Below are positions 40,083-51,725 of a stretch of DNA of 64,000 bases, one piece after another. A program made the position numbers and the translations under genes. Source of the stretch: an uncultured Planctomycetaceae bacterium (GTDB taxonomy: Bacteria; Planctomycetota; Planctomycetia; Planctomycetales; Planctomycetaceae); contig CAWFGE010000013.1 in the NCBI GenBank assembly GCA_963815195.1, positions 640,001 to 704,000 on the forward strand, read 5' to 3'. The notes below the pieces were generated by a model. It did not search any database, was not told the origin of the DNA, and worked only from the letters and a program-made list of their open reading frames with translations. Numbering within the stretch: the stretch's first letter is position 1; the number at the start of each line of letters is the position of its first letter.

Positions 40083-40940
40083 ATGAGCAAAAAAGAAAAA
40101 ATGTTCGCCGTCTTGCCCACGCTCTTGACGTTGGGCAATGCCACTTGCGGGTTCGGGGCGATTACGTTCGCGGCGAAATTGGGGCCCACGCCCACGGGGA
40201 ACCTGGGCGGGAACGAACTCTTGATCGCCGGGACGTTGATTTACCTGGCGATGCTGTTCGACGCCTTCGACGGGAGCGCGGCCCGGCTCATGAACCAGAC
40301 CAGCGACTTCGGGGCCCAGCTCGACAGCTTGTGTGATGCGATCAGCTTCGGCGTGGCCCCGGCGTATCTGATGCTGCAAATCATGGTGCATTCCTTCGGG
40401 CCGAACGTGTCGCCGCCTTTTAATTATCATCCGCGCCTCTTATGGATGATCGCCGTCTTGTTCGTGCTCTGCGCGATCCTGCGGCTGGCCCGCTTCAACG
40501 TCGAGACCGACGAAGACGACTCCCACGAGTTCTTCAGCGGCCTGCCTTCGCCGGCGGCGGCGGGCGTGGTCGCCTCGTTCCCCTTTGGGATGTACGGGCT
40601 TCGCGACTTGATGATCGACAGCGGAAACAGCGACATCACCTACACCATCGGCGGCTGGGTGCTGCCCGCCATCAAACTGCTGCTGCCCTTGATCACATTG
40701 GCGGTGGCGGTGCTGATGGTCTCCCGCGTCCGCTATGCCCACGTCTTCAATCAATTGTTCCGGGGCCAGAAAAGCCGCCGACATATCATCCAGTTGGTGC
40801 TGACGGTGGTCATTATCGTCGCAGCCCACGAACTCGCGCTCCCGGTGATTTTCTGCTATTTCGCGTTCGCGGCTCCCATCGCCTGGTTGTGGAAGGAGAT
40901 TTCCTCGCACGGCGGCCTTGGCAAACCGACGGAGGCTTGA
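40083..40940 (+). CDS. pssA: CDP-diacylglycerol--serine O-phosphatidyltransferase
   Basis: LPTLLTLGN, DAFDGSAAR..SDFGAQLDSLCDAISFGVAP, RLARFN, FSGLPSP. Confidence 0.93.
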   Translation: MSKKEKMFAVLPTLLTLGNATCGFGAITFAAKLGPTPTGNLGGNELLIAGTLIYLAMLFDAFDGSAARLMNQTSDFGAQLDSLCDAISFGVAPAYLMLQIMVHSFGPNVSPPFNYHPRLLWMIAVLFVLCAILRLARFNVETDEDDSHEFFSGLPSPAAAGVVASFPFGMYGLRDLMIDSGNSDITYTIGGWVLPAIKLLLPLITLAVAVLMVSRVRYAHVFNQLFRGQKSRRHIIQLVLTVVIIVAAHELALPVIFCYFAFAAPIAWLWKEISSHGGLGKPTEA

Positions 40941-41000
40941 CATACTCGGAAGATGGAGCAAACTCTCTTTCCCTCCCGACTTCAGTTATGCTCTCCCTCC

Positions 41001-41639
41001 ATGTTTACAGGCCTTGTTGAAGACTGCGGAACCGTCGCCGAGATCAAACCCCAAACCGCCGGCCTCTTGCTGGTGATTGATGTGGGCGGCACGCTGCTGG
41101 AAACCGGGCCCGAAGATTCCGCTCCCTCCCGCACCCAAATCGGCGACAGCGTCGCGATCAACGGATGTTGTCTCACCGTTGTCGAAATCGATGGGAACCA
41201 CTGGGCCTTCCAAGCGGGGACCGAAACCCTTTCCAAAACCAGCCTGGGAAAACTTTCCGCGGGGGATCCCGTGAACCTCGAACGCTCGCTCCAAGTCGGG
41301 GCCCGGTTGGGCGGGCATATCGTCCAGGGGCACATCGACGGCAGCGGCCGCGTCGCCGAGATTTCCCGCGAAGGGAGCGCAGAGGAACCCTGGGTCCGGA
41401 TGGTGTTCGAGGTTCCCGAAACCCTGACTCGGCAAATGGTCCCCAAAGGCTCGGTTGCGGTGGACGGCGTGAGTCTGACCTTGGTCGATGTGGCGAAAAA
41501 AACCTTCAGCGTCGCCCTCATCCCCCACACCCTGGAAGTCACCACCCTCGGCAAAAAAACACCCGGCGACCCCGTGAATATTGAAACCGACATCCTAGGC
41601 AAATACATCCAAAAACTGCTGAGTGATTTGCAATCGTAA
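41001..41639 (+). CDS. ribE: Riboflavin synthase (alpha chain)
   Basis: MFTGLVE, SVAINGCCLTV, VNLERS, GGHIVQGHID, KGSVAVDGVSLT. Confidence 0.95.
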   Translation: MFTGLVEDCGTVAEIKPQTAGLLLVIDVGGTLLETGPEDSAPSRTQIGDSVAINGCCLTVVEIDGNHWAFQAGTETLSKTSLGKLSAGDPVNLERSLQVGARLGGHIVQGHIDGSGRVAEISREGSAEEPWVRMVFEVPETLTRQMVPKGSVAVDGVSLTLVDVAKKTFSVALIPHTLEVTTLGKKTPGDPVNIETDILGKYIQKLLSDLQS

Positions 41640-41652
41640 CAAGAGACAACAA

Positions 41653-41704
41653 CCCAAGCCGACCGCTTGCGGTCGGAAGACCGACGCCAAGGCGTCGGCT
41701 TGGG
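41653..41704. repeat. Y-shaped palindromic repeat (family C, copy 1)
   Basis: CCCAAG-CCGACCGCTTGCGGTCGG-AAGA-CCGACGCCAAGGCGTCGG-CTTGGG. Confidence 0.88.
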
Positions 41705-41730
41705 CAGACGTTGGGGAACGAAACCCATAC

Positions 41731-42648
41731 ATGAAAGACACCGATCGGCAAACGCGGTCCCGGTTGATGGACCTGTTCGAAGAGCACGGTTTCCACCCCA
41801 ATACGCGCCTCGGGCAGAACTTTTTGATCGATCTGAACATCATCGATTTTATCGTCGATCAGGCTCGGCTGCAGCCGCACGATTTGATCTTGGAAATCGG
41901 CGCGGGCACGGGCGGGATGACGGCATTCCTCGCTCAAGCGGCCGGGCAAGTCATCGCCGTGGAGGTCGATGCCAATATGTATCGGCTCGCCTCAACCGTC
42001 ACGGCGGGTTATGACAACGTCACGCTCCTGAACTGCGACGCCCTCAAGAACAAAAACCATTTCGCGCCCGAGGTGCTCGAACAGATCGAACAGAAGCTGG
42101 CGCTCGAGGAGATTCGCGGGCTGAAGCTCATCAGCAATCTGCCCTATAGCATCGCGACGCCGGTCGTGTCGAATCTGGTCGCGACGGACCTGCCCTGGGA
42201 GCGGATGGTGGTGACAATTCAACTGGAACTCGGCCAGCGAATGTCCGCGAAGCCGGGCCGAAGCCATTACGGGTCGCTGACAGCCTGGCTGCAATCGCAG
42301 TGCCGGGTGAAGCTATTGAAGCGCTTGCCGCCTACGGTGTTCTGGCCGCGGCCCAAGGTGAACTCCGCCGTGGTGCAGTTGTTGCCCGATGAATACGGCC
42401 GGGCGGCAATTGCGGACCGGGCGTTCTTTCAGGATTTTCTAAGGCGGCTGTTCCATCAACGGCGGAAGTTTCTCAGAAGCGTTCTGGTCGGGATGTACCG
42501 CAAGCAACTGGATAAAGCAGAGATCGATCAAACCCTGGCCGAGATGAACTTCAAAGAGCAAGCCCGCGCCGAGGAAGAACCCCCGGAACGACTGGTCGAA
42601 CTCGCCAACCGCATCCATGCGAAGATTGAATCTTTGACAACCCAATAA
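41731..42648 (+). CDS. rsmA: 16S rRNA adenine dimethyltransferase (KsgA)
   Basis: LGQNFLID, LEIGAGTG, SNLPYSI, FWPRPKVNSA. Confidence 0.95.
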   Translation: MKDTDRQTRSRLMDLFEEHGFHPNTRLGQNFLIDLNIIDFIVDQARLQPHDLILEIGAGTGGMTAFLAQAAGQVIAVEVDANMYRLASTVTAGYDNVTLLNCDALKNKNHFAPEVLEQIEQKLALEEIRGLKLISNLPYSIATPVVSNLVATDLPWERMVVTIQLELGQRMSAKPGRSHYGSLTAWLQSQCRVKLLKRLPPTVFWPRPKVNSAVVQLLPDEYGRAAIADRAFFQDFLRRLFHQRRKFLRSVLVGMYRKQLDKAEIDQTLAEMNFKEQARAEEEPPERLVELANRIHAKIESLTTQ

Positions 42649-42653
42649 CTCCA

Positions 42654-42705
42654 CCCAAGCCGACCGCTTGCGGTCGGAGTTCCGACGCCAAGGCGTCGGC
42701 TTGGG
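42654..42705. repeat. Y-shaped palindromic repeat (family C, copy 2)
   Basis: Same as 41653-41704 except for the 4-nt linker. Confidence 0.88.
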
Positions 42706-42738
42706 TTTTTGAAATCCCCAATCACGCGAGAATCTCCC

Positions 42739-44225
<1,487 letters not shown>

Positions 44226-45101
44226 CCTCTGGCCGCTCGCGGTGGTTTTGATCGCACCGGGCTGCGGCACCGTGCCCGAGCGGTTGCCGATCCAGAATCA
44301 ATTCGCCGCCCCGCACCAACCCTATCCAAACCAAGAGCGCGCTTCGCGGTTCGCCGACATCAAGTCGGCCACGTTCTTCGCAGGGGTCCAAGCGGGGCTG
44401 ATCCCGCCGGCTCCCGTCCAACCCGCCCCGATCGCCCCGGCGATGGAACCGCCGGCGTCTTTGGTGTCCTGCCGGCCGAAGGGGGCCGACATCGAGCAAG
44501 TTCAAAACCGGGCCTATGAACCGGTCCCGGACCGGATGGGCGAAGACGATTACGTGGCCCATCCGCCCGCGGACGATCCCGCGAAGCTCAAACGGATCAC
44601 CGAGATCCAACCCTATGCGAGTTACGAACCGGATCCCGACGTCCGCGCGGAAAACCCGTGCGATAATCTGTGCCCGCGGCCGGACGGTCTGCCCTGCGAG
44701 CCGACCAATAAAGTCTGCCCGGAGGAAGTGGTGCTCAGCAACGAACCGTACCAGCCGCGAAACTTCGCGCAGACCGTGTTCGGCTGGGAAGCCTCGAACC
44801 TGTACCATAACCCGATTTATTTCCAGGATGTGCAGTTGGAACGCTACGGCCACACCTATCCCTGCTGGATTCAGCCGTTCGCCTCGGTGGGCAAATTCGG
44901 TCTGCAGTTCGCCGGGCTGCCTTATCAAATGGCGATCGATCCGCCCTGCAAGCGGATCTACCCGCTGGGCTATTACCGGCCGGGCGAATGTGCTCCGAAG
45001 TTGCACTATCAGATTCCCTGGAACACCAAAGCCGCCCTGACAGAAGCCGGCGTGGTCACTGGTTTGATCTACTTGTTCCCGTAAACCCGTGGTTTCCATC
45101 G

Positions 45102-45143
45102 ACCAGACCGGATGAGGCGAAAAACTCCTCCGGTCTGGTTTTT
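45102..45143 (+). terminator. Rho-independent terminator
   Basis: ACCAGACCGGA...TCCGGTCTGGT followed by TTTT. Confidence 0.65.
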
Positions 45144-45348
45144 CATTTCCCCGGCACGCGATGCGGCATTCCCGAAGACTCTCGGCACCCGGCCGAGCGG
45201 CAAAGTCGCCTTGACCGTTCCCGCCGGATCTGCAACAACTTCGCGTGTCCCCGGGGAGGTTTTCCTCTCATGGATTTTTGGGGACCGGCTTCTCCCGGCG
45301 GGAGAATTCGAGACAAGGAGCGTCGTAGGACGGGAATTGCCGACGGAC

Positions 45349-46698
45349 ATGAATACCAGCCGACCTCACCCGGATGAATCTCGCGCGGTCATCACCGGCC
45401 TCGGTTTGCTCAGCCCTTTGGGAATCGGCGCCGAGGCGTTCTGGCAAAAACTATCCGCGGGCGAAAGCGGCATCGGCCCGATCCGCTGGCTCAGCGATTC
45501 CGCCGCGCCGCAAAATATGGGCGGCGAGGTCTGGGATTACGACGAAAAAGCCGCCCGCAAAACTTATCTTCAGCCGCAAAAGAAAACCGTCCGGCTGATG
45601 TGCCGGGAAATCCAGCTTGGCGTGGCCTCCGCCAATCTCGCCGTCGAACATGCGAAGTTGGACCTCGACTCGCTCAAAAGAGACCGCTTCGGGGTGGAGT
45701 TCGGAGCGAACTTGATGCTCAGCCCGCCGGACGTGCTCAAGGACGGCTGCTGGAAATGTGTGGACGCCGACAATCCCGATCGCCCGTTCCATTTCGAGCA
45801 GTGGGGCTCGGCGGGCGAAAACGAGGAGCGGCCCAACGGGATGCAGCAACTGGAACCACTTTGGCTGCTCAAATATCTGCCCAACATGCCCGCGTGCCAC
45901 ATCAGCATCGGCCTCGACGCCCGCGGGCCCAGCAATTCGATGACCATGGACGATGCCTCCGGGAACCTGGCGCTCGCGGAGGCGATGCGGATTATCGGCC
46001 GGGGCCGGGCCGATGTGATGATCGCCGGCAGCACCGGGACGCGGCTGCATCCGGTCAAGAGCGTCCATGCCCGCCTCTGGGAACAAATGGCCGAGTCCGA
46101 CCGGCCCGCCGATGCCTGGTGCCGGCCCTTTGACCGGAACCGCAACGGCCAGGTCGTCGCCGAGGCCGCGTGTTCGTTCCTCGTGGAAAGCGAAGCCCAC
46201 GCCAAAAACCGCGGCGCGGCCATCCTGGCGGAAGTGCACGGGGCGGGGTCGTCGTGCGTCGCCGACGCCCAAGGCAAACCCGATCTCCGCAAAGCGCTCG
46301 CGCTCGCCATGCAAAGCGCCCTCGCCGATGCGGGGATGACCCCCAAAGACATCGGGCACATCAACGCTCACGGATTGGGCACGCAAGCCGGCGATGCCGC
46401 GGAAGCGGGGGCGATTTTGGACGTCTTCGGGGAAACGCATCCCAATATCCCCGTCACCGCGCTCAAAAGCTACTTCGGAAACTCCGGGTCCGGCAACGGA
46501 CTTTTGGAACTCGCCGGCTCCCTCCTCTCCTTGCGGGAAGGTCTCATTCCGCCCACGCGGAATTACGAAATCCCCGATCCCGACTGCCCGATCAATATCG
46601 TCGCAGGCGAGCCGATCCCCGCCGCCAACCGCGTGGTCCTAAACCTCAATGTCACCACCATCGGCCAGGCGAGCGCCGCGATTGTGGAAGCGGTTTGA
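45349..46698 (+). CDS. Beta-ketoacyl-ACP synthase (FabF-like fold) lacking the catalytic Cys
   Basis: VITGLGLLSPLG, LPNMPACHI, CRPFD, HINAHG, ALKSYFGN; the TACASG position reads MDDASG. Confidence 0.85.
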   Translation: MNTSRPHPDESRAVITGLGLLSPLGIGAEAFWQKLSAGESGIGPIRWLSDSAAPQNMGGEVWDYDEKAARKTYLQPQKKTVRLMCREIQLGVASANLAVEHAKLDLDSLKRDRFGVEFGANLMLSPPDVLKDGCWKCVDADNPDRPFHFEQWGSAGENEERPNGMQQLEPLWLLKYLPNMPACHISIGLDARGPSNSMTMDDASGNLALAEAMRIIGRGRADVMIAGSTGTRLHPVKSVHARLWEQMAESDRPADAWCRPFDRNRNGQVVAEAACSFLVESEAHAKNRGAAILAEVHGAGSSCVADAQGKPDLRKALALAMQSALADAGMTPKDIGHINAHGLGTQAGDAAEAGAILDVFGETHPNIPVTALKSYFGNSGSGNGLLELAGSLLSLREGLIPPTRNYEIPDPDCPINIVAGEPIPAANRVVLNLNVTTIGQASAAIVEAV

Positions 46699-46821
46699 TC
46701 GAGGCCGAGAATTCTTCGCCCGGGTAAACGGTCCGAACGTGATTTCCGGTGGACCCCGGTTTATCATGGTGTCGTTCTCGTGTTGATGGAACCGGTTCTC
46801 CATTCCGTATGAGGATTCCCG

Positions 46822-47337
46822 ATGCGCCGCGATGATTTCGATGACGACGATGAGGAATACGAAGACGACGATTTCGATTCGGAGTTTGAACGGCCCCGCC
46901 CGCCCGAACGGCCCCGGCGGTCCGGCGTCCCCCGCTGGCTCATCATCCTGGGCGCGGTGTTTGTCGTCCTGCCCGTGAGCTGCTGCGGTGGGATCTTGTG
47001 GTGGACGTCGACGTTCAAGGATTTCGAGCTCAGCAACGGCGAGCACCTGGGCGGCGCGGCGATGAACGTGAGATTCGATTACCACATCAAGATCAAAGAC
47101 ATCGTTCTCAAAGATGCCTATCTGATCGTCGCCGAAACCGCCGACGGCGTCACCCGGGACCGGCCGGTCCCCCGGAGTTTTCCGACGCGCGGGACCTGGT
47201 ATTTCAATGCACTCGACGTCGGCCCCGCCGAGCCGAAAAAGTCGCCCGTCAAGGTCTGGCTCGAAAAAGAAGACATGCGCGGCAATCGCAGCCGGGCCTC
47301 GAACGTGATCCGCATCGAACTCAAGACCGGCAAGTGA
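46822..47337 (+). CDS. Hypothetical single-pass membrane protein with acidic N-terminus
   Basis: D/E-rich start; TM segment ending CCGG; beta-rich C-terminus. Confidence 0.7.
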   Translation: MRRDDFDDDDEEYEDDDFDSEFERPRPPERPRRSGVPRWLIILGAVFVVLPVSCCGGILWWTSTFKDFELSNGEHLGGAAMNVRFDYHIKIKDIVLKDAYLIVAETADGVTRDRPVPRSFPTRGTWYFNALDVGPAEPKKSPVKVWLEKEDMRGNRSRASNVIRIELKTGK

Positions 47338-47408
47338 CAATTCCGCACCGGTTAGGTTAGCATAGAAGGAAACCATCTTTTCGAGCGTTCCTTCTTGGGA
47401 GAACACTC

Positions 47409-47573
47409 ATGTTCGGTTCGCGGCCAAAAGCCGGCCTGGGTCTGATGCTGTTGGGGGCCTGGCTGATTCTTCTCAATGCGCTACCCCTGTTCCACATTCG
47501 CTTTATGGGGAGCGAAACGGTCGTAGCCGCATTGGGGATTGCGGCGGGCGTGTGTTTGATCTTGGGGCGATAA
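47409..47573 (+). CDS. 54-aa two-TM small membrane protein
   Basis: MFGSRPKAGLGLMLLGAWLILLNALPLFHIRFMGSETVVAALGIAAGVCLILGR; GGGAG upstream; shorter than any ORF in the track. Confidence 0.7.
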   Translation: MFGSRPKAGLGLMLLGAWLILLNALPLFHIRFMGSETVVAALGIAAGVCLILGR

Positions 47574-47592
47574 TTTGCGGGGAAGTCATCCG

Positions 47593-49023
47593 ATGAGCCG
47601 GCGATTTTTATCTTCCAATTTGCTTCTCGTGATTGCGATGTCGCCGCTTTGGGTCTCGGTTTCACTGCGGGCGGAATCTGGGGCCGCGGAGAAGCCGAAT
47701 TTTATTGTGTTCCTCGTGGATGACATGGGTTGGATCGACCCGGCGTGTTATGGGAATCCGTTTCACGAAACGCCCAACATCGATCGGCTGGCCCGCGAAG
47801 GCGTGCGGTTTACCGATGCCTACGCCGCGGGTCCGGTGTGCTCTCCCACGCGGGCGAGTTTGCTCACCGGCAAAACGCCGGCCGCGGTCAATATCACGGA
47901 TTTCATTCCCGGCCATCCCTTTGCGTGGGCGAAGCTCAAGCCACCGGAAATCGCCGGGGCGCTGCCCTTGGAGGAAATCACCTTCGCCGAGGTCTTGAAA
48001 CAAGCGGGCTACACGTCGGGTTCTTTCGGGAAATGGCATTTGGGCGGGCGGGAAAATTATCCGGACCATCAAGGCTTCGACGAGTTCGTGGTGACGAGCG
48101 GCCGGCATTTCGCCCCCAACTTCCGCAGCACGCCGCCGCTCGACACCAAGCCCGGCGACTACCTGGCCGATGTGCTCACCGACCGGGCGGTGCGGTTTCT
48201 CAAAGACCACCGCAACGAGCCGTTCTGTTTGTACCTGCCGCATTACGCGGTGCACATCCCGCTCGAAGCAAAGCAGGAGTTGATCGAAAAATACCAGCGA
48301 AAACTGCCCAAGCCCAAAGACCGGGTGAACAACCCCATCTATGCCGCGATGGTGGAGCACACCGACCAGAGCGTGGGGCGGCTGGTGAAGACTCTGGAGG
48401 ATCTCGATCTCACCAAGCGGACCGTGTTTATCTTCGTCTCCGACAACGGCGGCCTGTATCAATCCGCGAGCCGGTCTGGTTCGCCGGTGATGACCAATGC
48501 TCCGCTCCGCGACGAGAAGGGCACTCTGTACGAAGGCGGCATTCGGGTTCCGCTGATCGTCCGCTGGCCGGGCGCCGTCAAAGCGGGCCGGGTTTGCGAT
48601 GTGCCTGTTTCCACGATCGACGTGCTGCCCACGCTCGCGGACCTGGCGGGCGTGAAGCTCGCCCATTCCGTGGAGGGCGTCAGCCTCGCGCCGTTGCTCA
48701 AAGAGTCGGGCGAGTTTTCGCGGGAGGCTTTGTATTGGCATTATCCGCATTATCATCATTCCACGCCGGGCGGTGCGGTCCGCGCGGGCGCTTACAAGCT
48801 GATCGAGTTTTTCGAAGACGGCCGGCTGGAGCTTTACAACCTCCGCGAAGATCTCAGCGAAACGAAGAACCTGGCCGAAGCTGATCCCGAAAAAGCCAAG
48901 TCCTTGCAGCAAAAACTGAACGCGTGGCGAAATTCGGTTCACGCGAAAATGCCCGCGGCCAATCCCGATTACGACCCGGCCAAGGCGGATCGGCTCAAAC
49001 CCCGTCGGCGGGCGAAGCGATGA
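47593..49023 (+). CDS. Secreted formylglycine-dependent (S1) sulfatase
   Basis: KPNFIVFLVDDMG, CSPTR, GKWHLG, SDNGG, YEGGIRVP. Confidence 0.93.
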   Translation: MSRRFLSSNLLLVIAMSPLWVSVSLRAESGAAEKPNFIVFLVDDMGWIDPACYGNPFHETPNIDRLAREGVRFTDAYAAGPVCSPTRASLLTGKTPAAVNITDFIPGHPFAWAKLKPPEIAGALPLEEITFAEVLKQAGYTSGSFGKWHLGGRENYPDHQGFDEFVVTSGRHFAPNFRSTPPLDTKPGDYLADVLTDRAVRFLKDHRNEPFCLYLPHYAVHIPLEAKQELIEKYQRKLPKPKDRVNNPIYAAMVEHTDQSVGRLVKTLEDLDLTKRTVFIFVSDNGGLYQSASRSGSPVMTNAPLRDEKGTLYEGGIRVPLIVRWPGAVKAGRVCDVPVSTIDVLPTLADLAGVKLAHSVEGVSLAPLLKESGEFSREALYWHYPHYHHSTPGGAVRAGAYKLIEFFEDGRLELYNLREDLSETKNLAEADPEKAKSLQQKLNAWRNSVHAKMPAANPDYDPAKADRLKPRRRAKR

Positions 49024-49796
49024 TCCTGTCGTGGTTCAAAAACCGCCGGCGAAAGAAGCTGGCCGCAGAGCCCTTCCCGGCGGATTGGGACGCAGCGATC
49101 CGCGAAAACGTCGCCCATGTGTCCTATCTGACCCCGGACGAATACGAGCGGCTGAAACGTTGGGTGCAGGTGTTTGTCGCGGAGAAGTATTGGGAAGGCT
49201 GCGACGGTTTGGAGATCACCGGCGAGATGAAAGCCGTCATCGCGGCGCTCGCGGGGTTTCTGGTGCGGAAATTTGCGGATCGCTATTACGACCGCTTGCA
49301 AACGATCTTGGTGTTCCCCCGCGTGGTTTGGAGAACCGAACATTTTCCGCGGGGCGGCATCGTGAACGAAGAACCCACCGGGCGGTTGGGCGAAGCCCTT
49401 TTGAGCGGCCCCGTCAGTCTGGTTTGGCCGCACGTTTTGGACGGAGCCCGCCAAGCCCGCGACGGCCAGAATGTCGTGTTCCACGAGTTCGCCCACGTCT
49501 TGGATTTGGAAGATCAGTTCCTCGACGGCACGCCGAATTTGGGCTCGGCCGATCTTTTCGATCGCTGGGAGCCGGCGGTGAAGCGGGAATATCAGGCCCT
49601 TGTCGATGCCGCCCAGCACGGCCGGTCCACCTTAATCGATCCCTACGGGGCCACGAACATCGCGGAGTTTTTCGCGGTGAGCACCGAATGTTTTTTCGAG
49701 CGGCCGAAACAGATGGCCCATCGCCACCCGGAATGGTATGCTTTGCTCCGCGAATTCTACCAGCAGGATCCCCAGACGTTTGCGGCGCGGCATTAG
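49020..49796 (+). CDS. MtfA-like (M90) zinc-dependent peptidase
   Basis: NVVFHEFAHVLD, DPYGATNIAEFFAVSTECFFE. Confidence 0.9.
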   Translation: MILSWFKNRRRKKLAAEPFPADWDAAIRENVAHVSYLTPDEYERLKRWVQVFVAEKYWEGCDGLEITGEMKAVIAALAGFLVRKFADRYYDRLQTILVFPRVVWRTEHFPRGGIVNEEPTGRLGEALLSGPVSLVWPHVLDGARQARDGQNVVFHEFAHVLDLEDQFLDGTPNLGSADLFDRWEPAVKREYQALVDAAQHGRSTLIDPYGATNIAEFFAVSTECFFERPKQMAHRHPEWYALLREFYQQDPQTFAARH

Positions 49797-49817
49797 CAAG
49801 AATTGTTGTTCATCGAA

Positions 49818-51624
49818 ATGGCGGAAATAACTTCATCGTCACCCAGACCCGTGTTGATCCTGGGAGCCGGCATCAACGGATGCGCGGCGGCGCGCGAGTT
49901 GGTGCTAAACGGCGTGCCCGTGTGCCTCGTCGAACGCAGCGACATCGCCTGGGGCGCGACCTCGCGGAGTTCGCGGCTGATTCACGGCGGCCTTAGGTAT
50001 TTGGAGCACGGCGAGTTTCGGCTCGTGCGGGAATCGCTGGCCGAGCGGTCCCGCCTCCGCCGGCTCGCGCCGCAGTTCGTGCGGCCGTTTCGTTTGCACA
50101 TTCCCGTCGCCCGGCGGACCGGCGGGCTGTTCCGCTCTGCGGAAAGATTTTTTTCCGGCGGACGGTGGGGCAAAACCGAGACATGCGCCGCGCGGGCTTT
50201 GGCTCGTGCGAGTGGGGCTTTGGTTTTATGACCGGTTTGTGAGCGATCCCGACTTTCCGGATTCGGACGTCGTGCCCAGCGGTGCTCCCGACGCCCCGGT
50301 CGTGGATGCCTCGCGGTACCGCTGGTTGTGCCGCTATACCGATGCCCAAATGATCTATCCCGAACGCTTCGTGCTCTCGATGCTGTCCGACGCCCAGGCC
50401 ATCGCCGCGGAGAAGGGGCTCGAGTTTGCGGTGTGGACGTATCACGAAGTCCGCCGGGACGCCGATCGCTGGAAGGTCATCGACCGCAACACGGGCGAGG
50501 CCGTCAAAGCGCTCGAACCGGCCCTCGTGATCAACGCCACCGGGGCCTGGGGCGATTTGACGTTGGACGAACTGTCGGTTCCCAGCCCCCCGCTCTTCGG
50601 CGGCACCAAGGGAAGCCATTTTGTGACGTACCAGAAAAAGCTTTGCGAAGCCGTGGGAGACCAGGGCGTCTACGCCGAGGCCGAGGACGGTCGGCTCGTG
50701 TTCGTCCTGCCGATGGCCGGCGGCGTGATGGTCGGCACCACCGATGAACCCTTCGCAGGAAATCCCGACGCGGCGATCGCCTCCGAACACGAGTTGGCCT
50801 ACCTCATCGAAATGGTCAACGAACTCTTTCCGCAGGTTTCGCTTGCGCGGGACGATTTGGAAATGCACTTCGCCGGGATCAGGCCGCTTCCCAAGCAAGA
50901 CGTCAACTCGACCAGTGCGATTTCCCGCGATCATTCCATCCAGATCAATGAGGAACAAGGGGTTCCCATTCTGACGCTTGTGGGAGGCAAACTCACGACG
51001 GCCCGCGCGTTCGGTGAAGCCATCGCCGATCTGGTTCTGCTCCGCCTCGACGTTCCCCGCACCGCCGGGACCCAGGACCGAGTGTTTCCCGGCGGTGAAG
51101 ATTATCCAACTCCGGAAAAACTCCAAGAAACGATCGAACAACTCGCCCAGCGCTTGGGGCGGCCCGCCGGGCACATCCGGGCGATGTGGGCGATCTGCGG
51201 CACGCGGACCGGCACGATTCTCGCCTCGATTTCCTCGCCCGATCAATCTCCGATCGCGGGCACGGACCTTCCGCGGGATTTTGTGCGGTGGGTCATCCAG
51301 AACGAATGGGTCAGCAGCCTAGGCGATTTGATCGAACGCCGATTGATGCTCATCTATCGGCACAAACTCCCCCGGGAATGCCTGGACGAACTGGCCGATT
51401 TGCTGATCGAAGCCGGGCGGATGGACCCGAGCGAGCGCGAAGCCAGAATCGAGGAGACCCGCGTTCGATTGAAAACCTATTATGGAAAAGAAGTCTTTCC
51501 TTCGGACGCCAGCCGCGCAAACAGACGACGCCGCGACGGATTATCAACGTTCCACTTCGAAGTGATTCTTTTAAGCAAGATGACTCGAGGAATACATGTT
51601 GCATCATTAGCCGCAGGGCGCTAG
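49818..51624 (+). CDS. glpD: FAD-dependent glycerol-3-phosphate dehydrogenase/oxidase; frameshift ~50185
   Basis: ILGAGING, GATSRSSRLIHGGLRYLE, INATGAW, KGSH, GIRPL, GGKLTT. Confidence 0.88.
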
Positions 51625-51669
51625 CCCCGGTGCTCCGAGACAACCGGACGCGAGCCCGTTGCGGCTGAT
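51606..51669. repeat. REP-like element (family D), unexpanded copy
   Basis: ATTAGCCGCAGGGCGCTAGCCCCGG...AACCGGACGCGAGCCCGTTGCGGCTGAT. Confidence 0.75.
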
Positions 51670-51725
51670 CGGGCAGACGTTTTTCGAAATGAATGATCTT
51701 TAACACCCCTGGTCCGCACGAATTG

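Noticed and set aside
40941..41000. FMN riboswitch before ribE
   Set aside because: Only 60 bp of intergenic space and no recognisable FMN aptamer motifs.
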